This document shows positions 1 to 9,688 of a DNA stretch of 44,265 bases, piece by piece. Under the pieces are notes generated by a model. The model saw nothing but the letters and a program-made list of their open reading frames with translations. It ran no database searches and was not told the DNA's origin. Each line of letters starts with the position of its first letter. The stretch's first letter is position 1. The stretch comes from Bacteroidales bacterium. Lineage in GTDB: Bacteria > Bacteroidota > Bacteroidia > Bacteroidales > UBA7332. Where the stretch lies: assembly GCA_037139375.1 (NCBI GenBank), contig JBAXGL010000001.1:1-44265 (forward strand). The letters run 5' to 3'. The position numbers were made by a program, and so were the translations under genes.

Positions 1-13
1 CACATTAAATGAT

Positions 14-1516
14 TTATCTCAACGCTCGGTTAAGCATGTAATAAACTTCGTTGTTGCGAATATCTTGTTTGAACTGACGAATGTTTGTATCTTTATCGAT
101 AATCAATAGTTCGATGTCTGCGATTTCTGCCAAATCTTCCATCATCTCAGTCGTGATTGAGAATGAGAAGCTTGAGTGGTGAGTACCACCGGCAGTAATC
201 CATGCACCTGCCCCTACTTCGATGTTTGGTTGTGGAATCCACAATGCACAAGCTACCGGTAATTTTGGCAATGCATTTGGTTCGATTACCGAAACTTCGT
301 TCACAATCATGCGGAAACGGTTGCCCATATCTACGATTGTGGCAGCGATACCTTCGCCTTTGTGAGCTTGGAAAACCAGACGAGCGCAAACGCCAGCATC
401 TCCAATTCCGAGGAAATGCACTTCAATACGTGGTTTGTTTCCAGCAATTTCCGGGTTGATTTCCAACATGTGCGATTGCAGGATAGAGCTGTTTGCTCCG
501 TCGAAGTTCAACACATAATCTTCGAGGAACGAGCACCCACCTGGCAGACCTTTTGCCATCACCCACATAGTGCGCGTCAAAGCAGCTGTTTTCCAGTCGC
601 CTTCTGCACCGAAACCGTAACCTTCTGCCATCAAACGTTGTGAAGCAAATCCCATCAATTGAGACATACCTTCCAATTCGTTGAAGCTGGTAGTGAAAGC
701 GGTTGCGCCTTTAGATTCCAAGAAACGACGTAATCCAATTTCCTGAGCCGCAGCCTGACGTACAGAGATGTGTTTTTCTGCCCCTTTTTTGCAATCATCT
801 GCGAAGTCGTATAGTTTTTCGTATTCTGCAATCAAAGCATCGATTTCAGCTTCAGTAACTGCATTTACAAAAGGAACCAATTTCGCAATAGGCGCGTTGT
901 CCACGTGGTAACCCAAACGGATTTCTGCTTCTACTTTGTCGCCATCGGTTACCGCTACGTTGTTCATGTTATCTCCAAAACGGATGATTAACATGTTTTG
1001 AGAATCTGCCCAACCGGCGCAAACGCGCATCCACGAAGCGATTTTCGCTTGTGTAGATTGATCTTTCCAATAACCCACCACGATTTTACGTGGTTTACGC
1101 AAACGGCTGGTAATGAAACCAAACTCGCGGTCACCATGTGCCGATTGATTCAAGTTCATATAGTCCATGTCGATTTCCGAACATGGAATTTGCTGATCGA
1201 ATTGTGTGTGAAGGTGCAACAATGGTTTTTTGTAGTCCATCAAACCGTGAATCCACATTTTAGCTGGAGAAAAAGTGTGCATCCAAGTGATCAAACCCAC
1301 ACATTTAGAATCGCCGTTTGCAGCACGCATAACCTCTGCAATTTCGGTAGAAGAGTTAGCAGTTCCTTTGTAAACTACTTTTGCTGGTAAATTTCCCGAT
1401 TCGTTCAAACCTTTTACCATTTCATTTGAGTGAGCGTCTACTTTTACGACTGCATCACCTCCGTACAGAAGCTGAGCTCCTGTCACAAACCATACTTCAA
1501 AATCGTTGTAAATCAT
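14..1516 (-). CDS. araA: L-arabinose isomerase
   Basis: 500 aa; AraA motifs VWFVTGAQLLYG, ITWMHTFSPAKMW, MNLNQSAHGDREFG, GFGAEGDWKTAAL, SHMLE, AGGTHHS; adjacent to araD. Confidence 0.97.
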   Translation of the reverse strand: MIYNDFEVWFVTGAQLLYGGDAVVKVDAHSNEMVKGLNESGNLPAKVVYKGTANSSTEIAEVMRAANGDSKCVGLITWMHTFSPAKMWIHGLMDYKKPLLHLHTQFDQQIPCSEIDMDYMNLNQSAHGDREFGFITSRLRKPRKIVVGYWKDQSTQAKIASWMRVCAGWADSQNMLIIRFGDNMNNVAVTDGDKVEAEIRLGYHVDNAPIAKLVPFVNAVTEAEIDALIAEYEKLYDFADDCKKGAEKHISVRQAAAQEIGLRRFLESKGATAFTTSFNELEGMSQLMGFASQRLMAEGYGFGAEGDWKTAALTRTMWVMAKGLPGGCSFLEDYVLNFDGANSSILQSHMLEINPEIAGNKPRIEVHFLGIGDAGVCARLVFQAHKGEGIAATIVDMGNRFRMIVNEVSVIEPNALPKLPVACALWIPQPNIEVGAGAWITAGGTHHSSFSFSITTEMMEDLAEIADIELLIIDKDTNIRQFKQDIRNNEVYYMLNRALR

Positions 1517-1560
1517 GATTGTTGTTTAGTTTTTAATTATTTGTTTATGTAATTTTATTT

Positions 1561-2244
1561 TTATTGACCATAATAAGCACCCGGTCCATGTTTGCGGAAG
1601 AAGTGCTTTTTGATCAAATGATTGTTCATCGTCAATTGCGGATTCACCGTATAAGAGATGTACGCCATTTTCGAAACCTGCTCCATCACCACAGCATTAT
1701 GCACAGCATCGTGCGCATTTTTGCCCCATGAGAATGGACCGTGGTTTTTCACTAATACGCCAGGAATATGATCTGCATTCAATTCTGCAAAACGCTCGAT
1801 AATGACGTTACCCGTTTCCAACTCATATTCGCCTTCTACTTCTTGCTGAGTCATATCGCGAGTGCAAGGAATTGCGTCACTGAAATAATCGGCATGAGTA
1901 GTCCCAATATTTGGAACATCGCATCCAGCTTGTGCCCAAGCTGTTGCATAAGTAGAATGTGTATGCACTACGCCGCCGATGTTAGGGAATGCTTTGTAGA
2001 GTGCCAAGTGTGTAGCAGTATCCGATGAAGGTTTCAATTTGCCTTCCACCACTTTGCCGTCGAGGTCAACCACTACCATGTCGTCAGCTTTCATTGCTTC
2101 GTACGAAACGCCCGATGGTTTTATCACCACTAGTCCTGTTTCGCTGTCAATTCCGCTCACATTTCCCCAGGTAAAAATCACTAAACCGTGTTTCACCAAT
2201 TCAAGATTTTCTTTAAATACCTGTTCTTTAAGATTTTCTAGCAT
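1561..2244 (-). CDS. araD: L-ribulose-5-phosphate 4-epimerase
   Basis: 227 aa class II aldolase fold: [45 protein letters not shown]-terminal [11 protein letters not shown]. Confidence 0.96.
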   Translation of the reverse strand: MLENLKEQVFKENLELVKHGLVIFTWGNVSGIDSETGLVVIKPSGVSYEAMKADDMVVVDLDGKVVEGKLKPSSDTATHLALYKAFPNIGGVVHTHSTYATAWAQAGCDVPNIGTTHADYFSDAIPCTRDMTQQEVEGEYELETGNVIIERFAELNADHIPGVLVKNHGPFSWGKNAHDAVHNAVVMEQVSKMAYISYTVNPQLTMNNHLIKKHFFRKHGPGAYYGQ

Positions 2245-2260
2245 TTGATTTTTGTTGTTT

Positions 2261-2285
2261 TATATGTGTAAAATATACACTTATA
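2261..2285. promoter_or_regulatory. AraR (NrtR-family) operator upstream of araD
   Basis: Palindrome TATATGTGTA-AAATA-TACACTTATA (arms match 9/10), core GTGT-N7-ACAC at 2266-2280, in the 56-bp araR-araD gap; matches the Bacteroidetes AraR motif shape and a second copy at 3065. Confidence 0.8.
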
Positions 2286-2300
2286 TGATTAAAAAAAAGG

Positions 2301-2990
2301 CTACATTGAAAAATGCAACCCTTGTTGAAGTAAGTGATCGTATTTTTCTTTATTGAAACGATAATAAAATGCTCCTTTTCGGGAAGTGGTTTTATCTTTT
2401 TCGTCCAATTTTTCCAAAATATCCATTGCCAAAATTTTCTTTCTGAAATTACGTTTATCTATATCTTCTTGATAAATAGACTCATACAAACTTTGCAATA
2501 ATGGAAGTGTGAATTGTTCCTGAAGCAAATTAAATCCAATTGGTTTAACTGCAGCCCGGCGTTGTAATATACTCAATGTATCCTTTACCATTAGCGAATG
2601 ATCAAAAATTAGTTGCGGCAATTGAGTGATTTTTACCCAACGAGCATCGTATTTTTTAGCAAGTGAGGTGTCAAATTTTTCAATATCTACTAACGCATAA
2701 TATGCAATAGATATTACTCTTTCCAAATCTCGATTTACCTCCCCAAATGCACCCACCTGCTCCAGATAGATATTTTCGATACCGGTAAATTCGCCGACAA
2801 CACGTTTAGCCGCATCATTTACGCTCTCCTTTTCATCCACAAATCCACCCATGAGTGACCATCCACCTTTCAATGGTTCAAACGGACGTTTAGCAATGAG
2901 AATGTGCAACTCGTTATCCTTGAAGCCCATAATAATGCAGTCGACAGCAACGTAAAGTTTATCTTTATTACTATAGAAAGATGTACTCAT
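2301..2990 (-). CDS. araR: NrtR-family (NUDIX + winged HTH) arabinose-responsive repressor AraR
   Basis: N-terminal VAVDCIIMGF and degenerate NUDIX box (GGFVDEKESVNDAAKRVVGEFTG, lacking REuxEE); C-terminal wHTH FTLPLLQSLYE..IDKRNFRKKI..KGAFYYRF; co-oriented upstream of araDA as in Bacteroides. Confidence 0.88.
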   Translation of the reverse strand: MSTSFYSNKDKLYVAVDCIIMGFKDNELHILIAKRPFEPLKGGWSLMGGFVDEKESVNDAAKRVVGEFTGIENIYLEQVGAFGEVNRDLERVISIAYYALVDIEKFDTSLAKKYDARWVKITQLPQLIFDHSLMVKDTLSILQRRAAVKPIGFNLLQEQFTLPLLQSLYESIYQEDIDKRNFRKKILAMDILEKLDEKDKTTSRKGAFYYRFNKEKYDHLLQQGLHFSM

Positions 2991-3064
2991 AGAAATTTGA
3001 ATTTATTAATTGTGTATTATCCTTTTTGTGAGCACTTACTATAGATTTTTTATTTCTTTTATTA

Positions 3065-3083
3065 AAGTGTAAAGTAAACACTT
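3065..3083. promoter_or_regulatory. AraR operator in the divergent araR / PUL intergenic region
   Basis: AAGTGT-AAAGTAA-ACACTT: perfect 6-bp arms with N7 spacer, same core as 2266-2280. Confidence 0.82.
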
Positions 3084-3096
3084 ATATTCCTGAGGG

Positions 3097-3104
3097 CAAA
3101 TATT
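3097..3104 (-). promoter_or_regulatory. Possible Bacteroidetes -7 promoter element for araR-araD-araA
   Basis: Minus strand AATATTTG(CC), one mismatch to TAnnTTTG, just upstream of the operator; no convincing -33 TTTG found. Confidence 0.25.
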
Positions 3105-3213
3105 TTTTTAATGTTATAGAGCATATTCAGAATTATTCAAATTACTAAATGTTTTATACAGTTGTTTTAGGAAATTTCTCTTAAAAATACGTCATTATCC
3201 TAAATCAATTTTC

Positions 3214-5340
3214 ATGAAAAATACATTTGTCTTTATCTCCTTCTATTTATTGAGTTTCGCCTATGCAAACTCGGAAACTATTCGTAGTTCTAAAGCCTCA
3301 CAATCAACCTTGCAATCTTCATTTATTGGTGTTGAAAAGCTCTATTATGGAGCAGCCTATTATCCTGAAGTTTGGGATGAATCAGAAATTGACAAAGATA
3401 TTGTGCGGATGAAGGAACTGAAGATGAACGTGATGCGCATGGGTGAATTTTCGTGGAGCAAAATGGAACCGACCGAAGGCAAATACGATTTCAGCTGGTT
3501 GCATAAAATTATAGACAAACTACATGCGAATGGCATTGACGTAATTCTTGGAACGCCTACAGCCACGCCTCCGGCTTGGTTAGCCGAAAAACATCCCGAA
3601 ATGTTCCAACTTAACGCACAAGGTATTCGCATGACACATGGGGGTCGCAGAAATTGTAGTTATACCAGCAAAGTATATCGTCAAAACTCCGAAAAAATTT
3701 GCACCAGAATGGCACAGGAGTTTGGTAACACACATGGTGTTATTTGTTGGCAAATCGATAATGAGTTCTCACTTTCTGCTGATTATAGTTCTGAAACGAA
3801 GAAGCAATGGGTAAGTTGGCTTAAAAATCGCTACAAAACAATTGAAAACTTGAACCAACTTTGGTGTGCCGATTTATGGAGTCAGACTTATCAGAAATTT
3901 GAGCAAATACAAATGCCAACATCTGCTGTTTGGAATCATCCTTCGTTACGTTTTGCATGGACAACTTTTACCAACGATATGATTGTAGAATTTCAGGATA
4001 TACAATTAACTGCTATACGCAAATATTCCAAACTTCCCATCACACACGATGGAATGCCACAGCAAACAGTTGATTATGACAAGCTTTTTAAAAATTTGGA
4101 TTTTGCCGCTACCAACAATTACCACAGTTTTGAAGCTTATGATTTGATTCAAAGCAATTACGACCGTTTGCGCGGACAAGGATTGGGTTATCACTGGCTT
4201 TTCGAAACGGCTCCTAATTTTTCAGGAGGGGGCGACAAAGGTCAAACCTGGTATTTACACCAGATTCCAGGCAGTATGAAAGCTGCTTTGTGGATGAATT
4301 ATGCTTCGGGCGGACAAGGAGCCATGTTTTGGTTGTGGCGCCAACACCGTGCGGGACAGGAAATGGTGCATGGTTCTGTCCTTTCGGCTTTTGGTGGCGA
4401 AGTGTCTAATTATCAAGAAATAAAAGAATTAGGCACTGAATTGGATAAGTCGTCGGGATTTTTGATGAATAATCCTGTTGTCAAAGCTGAAGCGGCTGTT
4501 TTATACAGTCATGAGTCGGAGACAGGCTTTAAGTTCGAAGAATATGCTAGCGGGATCAACTATTATTGGGACTGGACTTATCGTTTTTACCGTGCCATGG
4601 CGGATGCCTATATTTTCAGGGATGTAATATATCAATCTGCTGATTTGAAACAGTATAAGCTGATTTTCATACCATTAATGCCAGTTATAAGCGATGAATT
4701 TCAACAGCGGTTAAAAGTGTGGGTGGAACAAGGAGGCACGCTGGTTTTAGGGCCGCAGAGCGGCTATCGTACCGAAGAATGGGCGCAACATATTAATCAT
4801 TTTCTTGGAAAAATAGAGGATTGGAGCGGTATTCAAGTGAAAACCGTTATTCCAATTGGAGCAAAACGCCGTGCTGAGGAAATCCCTTTTATGCTCGATT
4901 TTGATGCGAAATTATCCATTTCGCAGTCAGAAGCATCGCTATGGAGTTTGGCTTTGTCTAGTAATAATGGAAATGTGTTAGCGAATTATAACGGTGGGGC
5001 GCATGATAAAAAACCGGCAATAATTGAAAATTCCGTAGGCAAAGGACGTGTGATAATGCTTGGAACTGATCCCGGAAAGCCGGCTTTGAAGAAACTGCTT
5101 TTATATGCTGCCGAAAAATCGAATATTAAACCCATGGCCACAGGCGATGAGCAAGTAGTGATTGTTCAGCGCAAAGGGAAAGAAAGCGGTTGGGTGTTGG
5201 TGAATTTGTCGAAGAATGCAAAAAAAATTGTGCTGAATACTGATACTAAATCTTTCGAAAATATTTTATTAGACTCTAAATTTTCGTCCAAGGAATTTGA
5301 ATTAAAGCCTTACGAAGTGCAGGTGTTGAAGGAGAGATAG
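3214..5340 (+). CDS. GH42 beta-galactosidase / possible alpha-L-arabinopyranosidase, signal peptide
   Basis: YYGAAYYPEVW, RMGEFSWSKMEPTEGKYDFSWL, GTPTATPPAWL, WQIDNEF (acid/base), LFET (nucleophile region), trimerisation domain; hydrophobic N-terminus. Confidence 0.88.
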   Translation: MKNTFVFISFYLLSFAYANSETIRSSKASQSTLQSSFIGVEKLYYGAAYYPEVWDESEIDKDIVRMKELKMNVMRMGEFSWSKMEPTEGKYDFSWLHKIIDKLHANGIDVILGTPTATPPAWLAEKHPEMFQLNAQGIRMTHGGRRNCSYTSKVYRQNSEKICTRMAQEFGNTHGVICWQIDNEFSLSADYSSETKKQWVSWLKNRYKTIENLNQLWCADLWSQTYQKFEQIQMPTSAVWNHPSLRFAWTTFTNDMIVEFQDIQLTAIRKYSKLPITHDGMPQQTVDYDKLFKNLDFAATNNYHSFEAYDLIQSNYDRLRGQGLGYHWLFETAPNFSGGGDKGQTWYLHQIPGSMKAALWMNYASGGQGAMFWLWRQHRAGQEMVHGSVLSAFGGEVSNYQEIKELGTELDKSSGFLMNNPVVKAEAAVLYSHESETGFKFEEYASGINYYWDWTYRFYRAMADAYIFRDVIYQSADLKQYKLIFIPLMPVISDEFQQRLKVWVEQGGTLVLGPQSGYRTEEWAQHINHFLGKIEDWSGIQVKTVIPIGAKRRAEEIPFMLDFDAKLSISQSEASLWSLALSSNNGNVLANYNGGAHDKKPAIIENSVGKGRVIMLGTDPGKPALKKLLLYAAEKSNIKPMATGDEQVVIVQRKGKESGWVLVNLSKNAKKIVLNTDTKSFENILLDSKFSSKEFELKPYEVQVLKER

Positions 5341-5376
5341 GTGATCCAAGATTAGTGCAATTATTAAATTTTAAGT

Positions 5377-7623
5377 ATGAAGATTTCCCTGAATTTATTC
5401 TTATTTTTCTATTCATTTTTATTTTGTGGTGCTTCTATGGCGCAGCAACCTACATCTGTTTTATACAAAGTAGATGCTTTTTGGGGAGTCAATGAAGGGA
5501 ACATTATACCCGGAGCATCCGTACCATTTGGTATGGTGAAATTGAGCCCCAACATTCGCAACAATTGGACACCAACTTCAGCTTATCGAACTGATGAGCC
5601 AATTATTGGATTTAGTCATACCCAAACCAGTGGTACAGGTGGTAGTCCGCGTTACGGCAATATCCTTATTATTCCTCAACTCGATACACTGATTTTAAAG
5701 GAGTTGGTTAAGTATTCGAAAATCAATGAGTATGCCGAGCCAGGCTATTATACAGTTACGCTCAAAAATCGAAATTTATTTACCCGAGTTGAATTAACAG
5801 CTTCGCACAAAGTGGGATTTCACCGTTATACCTTCAAAAAAAAATATGCCCAAACCAATGAGTTGAAGGCTAATTTTATCATAGATGTTTCCAACACCAC
5901 ACATCGAATGAATAATGGAAAGCCATCCACTTATTGGAAAAAGGGTTACGTCAATATAATACCTGAAAAAGCAGCTGTGGAAGGATATGCTAGTTTCGAA
6001 GGTGGTTGGGGCGGATTGAATCCTTATACCATTTATTTTTATATTCAGTTTGATCAAGATTTTTTATCCTCTTATGTGTGGCAAGATAGTGTTTTATTGA
6101 ACCAAAAATATTTAGCAACTGAAAACAAGGAATTTACTTCAAAACGATTTGGGGCTGTAGTTTCGTTTGCCAAAAAAAATGGTGAACAAGTTGGTTGCAA
6201 AGTCGGTATTTCCTATTTAAGTATTGAAAATGCCATTCTTAATCTACATGAAAAAGAGAACCTGACTTTTGATAAAGTCAAAGACGAAGCTTCAACTCTT
6301 TGGGTAAAGCAGTTGAATAAAATTGAGGTAAAAGGCGGCGATATTGCTGCGCAAAAACTATTCTACAGTGCGTTGCGAAATACCATGTTGATGCCTACCG
6401 ATGTAACTGGCGAAGTGCCTGGTTGGAATCCAAACACACCACATTTCTGGGATTTTTATTGTGTTTGGGATGTGTTCAGAGCCACCATGCCATTGTATTC
6501 GCTTGTATATCCGGAAACGCAACGTCGCATTGTGAATTGCATGTTGGATATTTACTCCAAAAAAGGCTGGCTGCCCGATGCATGGATAGCCGACGATTAT
6601 GCTATGATGCAAGGTGGAAGCAATGCCAATGTGGTGTTGGCCGATGCGGTGATGAAAAAACTAAGTGGTTTTGATGTGAAAACGGCCTTGGATGCAGTGC
6701 GAAAAGATGCAGAACATCAGTCGGACAATCCACACACGAAAGGTAGGTTAACCAATGACTATACAAAATACGGTTTTGTGTTGGCCGAAAGTGCTGCCGG
6801 CTCCGTTTCGCGGACATTGGAATATGCGTATAACGATTTTTGTATTGCGGAAATTGCTAAATCGGCTGGTGACAATAAATTGGCAGAAAAATATAAAAAT
6901 CAATCGTTAGAAGTTTATAAACTGTTTTATCCTGAACACAAGATGTTTTGGGGAAAAGATAGTAGTAAGCTATGGAAACCCGATTTTACGCCAGTTTCCA
7001 AACGAAAAGATACGTGGAACGACCCCTATTTTTACGAAGGAGGTTCACAGATTTATTCCACTTACGTACCTCACGATATGGCAGGTTTGATAAAACGCCA
7101 CGGAGGAAACAAGGAATATGTGAAATATTTAGATAATCTATTTGAGAGTGGTGTTTTCAGCATTGAGAACGAACCTGAATTTCTGATTCCATACCAATAT
7201 ATATATGCCTCCGATTACCCTTCAACGGCAAGACGAGTGAGTAAAATCTTGCATTCCAACTATGTTCCCGGTGCTAACGGACTTCCCGGACAGGACGATT
7301 CTGGCTCCATGTCGGCTTGGTATGTGTTTAGCGCGATGGGCTTTTTCCCAGTGGCAGGACAGGATTTGTACTTGATTGGAACACCGCTTTTTGATGAAAC
7401 GGTGATTCAGTTGGAGGGAAATAAAACGTTTAAAATTATTGCTAAAAACCACACAATAGAAAATATTTATGTTACCAAAGCCACACTCAATGGCAAGTCG
7501 TTAGACAGAGCTTGGTTTAAACATACTGAAATCTACAAAGGAGGAAAACTAGTGTTAGAAATGAGTGCAACACCCAATGATTTGGGAAAAACCAATTTGC
7601 CGACATCACTTTCAACGAAATAA
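5377..7623 (+). CDS. GH92 alpha-mannosidase
   Basis: PGASVPFGMVKLSP, GFSHTQTSGTG, WDVFRA, SRTLEYAYNDF, ENEP, GLPGQDDSGSMSAWYVFSAMGFFP; signal peptide. Confidence 0.92.
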   Translation: MKISLNLFLFFYSFLFCGASMAQQPTSVLYKVDAFWGVNEGNIIPGASVPFGMVKLSPNIRNNWTPTSAYRTDEPIIGFSHTQTSGTGGSPRYGNILIIPQLDTLILKELVKYSKINEYAEPGYYTVTLKNRNLFTRVELTASHKVGFHRYTFKKKYAQTNELKANFIIDVSNTTHRMNNGKPSTYWKKGYVNIIPEKAAVEGYASFEGGWGGLNPYTIYFYIQFDQDFLSSYVWQDSVLLNQKYLATENKEFTSKRFGAVVSFAKKNGEQVGCKVGISYLSIENAILNLHEKENLTFDKVKDEASTLWVKQLNKIEVKGGDIAAQKLFYSALRNTMLMPTDVTGEVPGWNPNTPHFWDFYCVWDVFRATMPLYSLVYPETQRRIVNCMLDIYSKKGWLPDAWIADDYAMMQGGSNANVVLADAVMKKLSGFDVKTALDAVRKDAEHQSDNPHTKGRLTNDYTKYGFVLAESAAGSVSRTLEYAYNDFCIAEIAKSAGDNKLAEKYKNQSLEVYKLFYPEHKMFWGKDSSKLWKPDFTPVSKRKDTWNDPYFYEGGSQIYSTYVPHDMAGLIKRHGGNKEYVKYLDNLFESGVFSIENEPEFLIPYQYIYASDYPSTARRVSKILHSNYVPGANGLPGQDDSGSMSAWYVFSAMGFFPVAGQDLYLIGTPLFDETVIQLEGNKTFKIIAKNHTIENIYVTKATLNGKSLDRAWFKHTEIYKGGKLVLEMSATPNDLGKTNLPTSLSTK

Positions 7624-7631
7624 AATTACAC

Positions 7632-9665
7632 ATGAGAAAAACATTTTTTCAAATCACATTCATATTTTTTTCAATTTTTCAAACAGTTTTTTCAGCTGAA
7701 ATAACTCCAAATTCTTGTCCTGTTATTGGCGGACAAGTGATTATTGAAAAAGGGCAGTCGCGCGAAGAAATTGAGTCACTTTTTGTAATATTGAAAAACA
7801 ATAATATGAATTTTTGCCGTATCCGAATGTTCGAATCGTATATGCACGACGGCAACGGAAACTGGGATTTTTCCACTTTTGATTTGGCTTTTCAGGCAGC
7901 TGAACGGAATAATATCACAATTATCGCAACGCTTTTTCCAATGGTGGAATTTACTAATATTGGTGGTTTCAAATTTCCTGACTCCGATGCACATTTGGCT
8001 TCCATTGCCGAATACATCAAGCAAGTGGTTGGTCATTTTAAGCAATATAAATCGCTTTATGGATGGGTGCTGATGAACGAAATTGGGTGTGGAAAAGCTC
8101 CTTTTAATAAACCACTAACGGCTCAAAAATTTGCCGAATGGCAAAAGGCGGATACAATAAAAGCATTTAATGATGCAGGAAAACCAATTATACAATTTCA
8201 AGAAGAACGGTTTTTGCTCGATTACAATAGTTGGTACCTGAACTGGCTAAAAAGTGAGGTAAAAAAATACGATGCCAAGAGTCATTTGCACGTGAATACG
8301 CACGCCGTTTTTGATACCTACGCCGAATATGATTTTACCAAATGGCGCACCATTTTGGATAGTTTTGGTGGTTCGGCGCATGCAAGCTGGCATTTTGGAA
8401 ATTTCACACGCAACAACTACCATTACGCCATTGCAGCTAACAGCGAAATTATTCGTTCTGGATCAGGAAATAAGCCATGGATAATGACCGAATTACAAGG
8501 TGGGAATAATCTGTGGAGTGGCGGTATTCCAATGTGTCCCACCAAACAGGAAATAGAACAATGGATGTGGACAATAATTGGGTCGGGTGGAAAAGGCATG
8601 ATTTTTTGGTCGCTCAATGGTCGTTCGGCAGGTATTGAAGCTGCTGAATGGTCGTTGCTGAATTTGTTAAATCAATCCACTGAACGATTGGAGATGGCAG
8701 GAAAAGTGTCTGGAATACTTAAAAACTGTGCTGACATTTTTTCAACTGCCAAAGAGTACGAATCGGGCGTGAATATTCTGTACACTCGCGAATCCTTATG
8801 GTGCGAGCGAAGAGCCGAAACTACCAGAGTTAATTATGCGGGAAGATTGCCCGGAGGTTCTATTCGCTCAGCTATCGGTTTTTTTGAAACGCTATCGCAA
8901 TTGGGTATTCAAACAAATCTGAAATGCATAGATGAATTTGATTTTACGGCTAATAATAACAAGGGGAAAGTGCTTATTTTACCGCATCAAATAGCGGTAC
9001 CTTCAAAATTAACCAAATCGTTGGAGCAATTTGTGGCTACCGGTGGCACCTTGCTGGTGGAAGGATTGACGGGATTTTTTGACGAAAACATGCACAATCA
9101 AACTACGACAAATTTTCCTTATGCTAACCTTTTTGGAGGAATGCTAAAGGATGCACCTTTTGTAGCTGACAAATTTTCTATATCACTTGCCAATCAAAAA
9201 TCTGCACTTCCGGCTCATTTATGGGAAGGCGTTATTCAACCAACAATCGCTCAATCGTTGGCAAAAAATGCTAAGGGCGGAATTGTTGCCACGACCAATA
9301 TTTATGGAAATGGAAAAGTGATTTGGATTCCTTCATTGGTAGGTATTGCAGCGCGTGAGACCAATAATTATCTCCCATTATCCCAGTTTATTATACGTGA
9401 ATTGTTGCCACAATTATATTCTAATACGATTCGATTTAAAGCGTTTACGGATGGTGTATTGATGAAAACCTTACGAACTGATAGCGGTTATGTGGTTGTT
9501 TTGATAAACAAAAGCCTGAAAACACAACGAGTGGAATTACTATTACCCAATGCAAAACCCATAAAAATTCTGAATGCTGGAGTTGTGAGTGCTCCTAAAC
9601 TTACAAATAAATTCATGCTCTCATCCGAAGAAACAAAAGTGATTGAATTTCAAAAAATCAATTAA
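7632..9665 (+). CDS. GH164-like beta-mannosidase (clan GH-A, GH42-like trimerisation domain)
   Basis: PVIGGQVIIEKGQ, CRIRMFESYM, WVLMNE (E150), GSAHASWHFG, WIMTELQGG (E287); resembles the Bacteroides salyersiae GH164 architecture as recalled; signal peptide. Confidence 0.7.
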   Translation: MRKTFFQITFIFFSIFQTVFSAEITPNSCPVIGGQVIIEKGQSREEIESLFVILKNNNMNFCRIRMFESYMHDGNGNWDFSTFDLAFQAAERNNITIIATLFPMVEFTNIGGFKFPDSDAHLASIAEYIKQVVGHFKQYKSLYGWVLMNEIGCGKAPFNKPLTAQKFAEWQKADTIKAFNDAGKPIIQFQEERFLLDYNSWYLNWLKSEVKKYDAKSHLHVNTHAVFDTYAEYDFTKWRTILDSFGGSAHASWHFGNFTRNNYHYAIAANSEIIRSGSGNKPWIMTELQGGNNLWSGGIPMCPTKQEIEQWMWTIIGSGGKGMIFWSLNGRSAGIEAAEWSLLNLLNQSTERLEMAGKVSGILKNCADIFSTAKEYESGVNILYTRESLWCERRAETTRVNYAGRLPGGSIRSAIGFFETLSQLGIQTNLKCIDEFDFTANNNKGKVLILPHQIAVPSKLTKSLEQFVATGGTLLVEGLTGFFDENMHNQTTTNFPYANLFGGMLKDAPFVADKFSISLANQKSALPAHLWEGVIQPTIAQSLAKNAKGGIVATTNIYGNGKVIWIPSLVGIAARETNNYLPLSQFIIRELLPQLYSNTIRFKAFTDGVLMKTLRTDSGYVVVLINKSLKTQRVELLLPNAKPIKILNAGVVSAPKLTNKFMLSSEETKVIEFQKIN

Positions 9666-9688
9666 TCGCAAATTCTAAATTTAATAGT

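Noticed and set aside
1-13. Apparent lack of araB (ribulokinase)
   Set aside because: The operon runs off the left edge, and araB commonly follows araA in Bacteroidales, so its absence cannot be claimed.
147-1390. Short ORFs overlapping araA (e.g. 998..1390 +, 362..643 +)
   Set aside because: Antisense or alternate-frame shadows of a highly conserved gene; no motifs.
2301-2990. Active NUDIX hydrolase
   Set aside because: The NUDIX box lacks catalytic glutamates and a wHTH follows, so it is a regulator.
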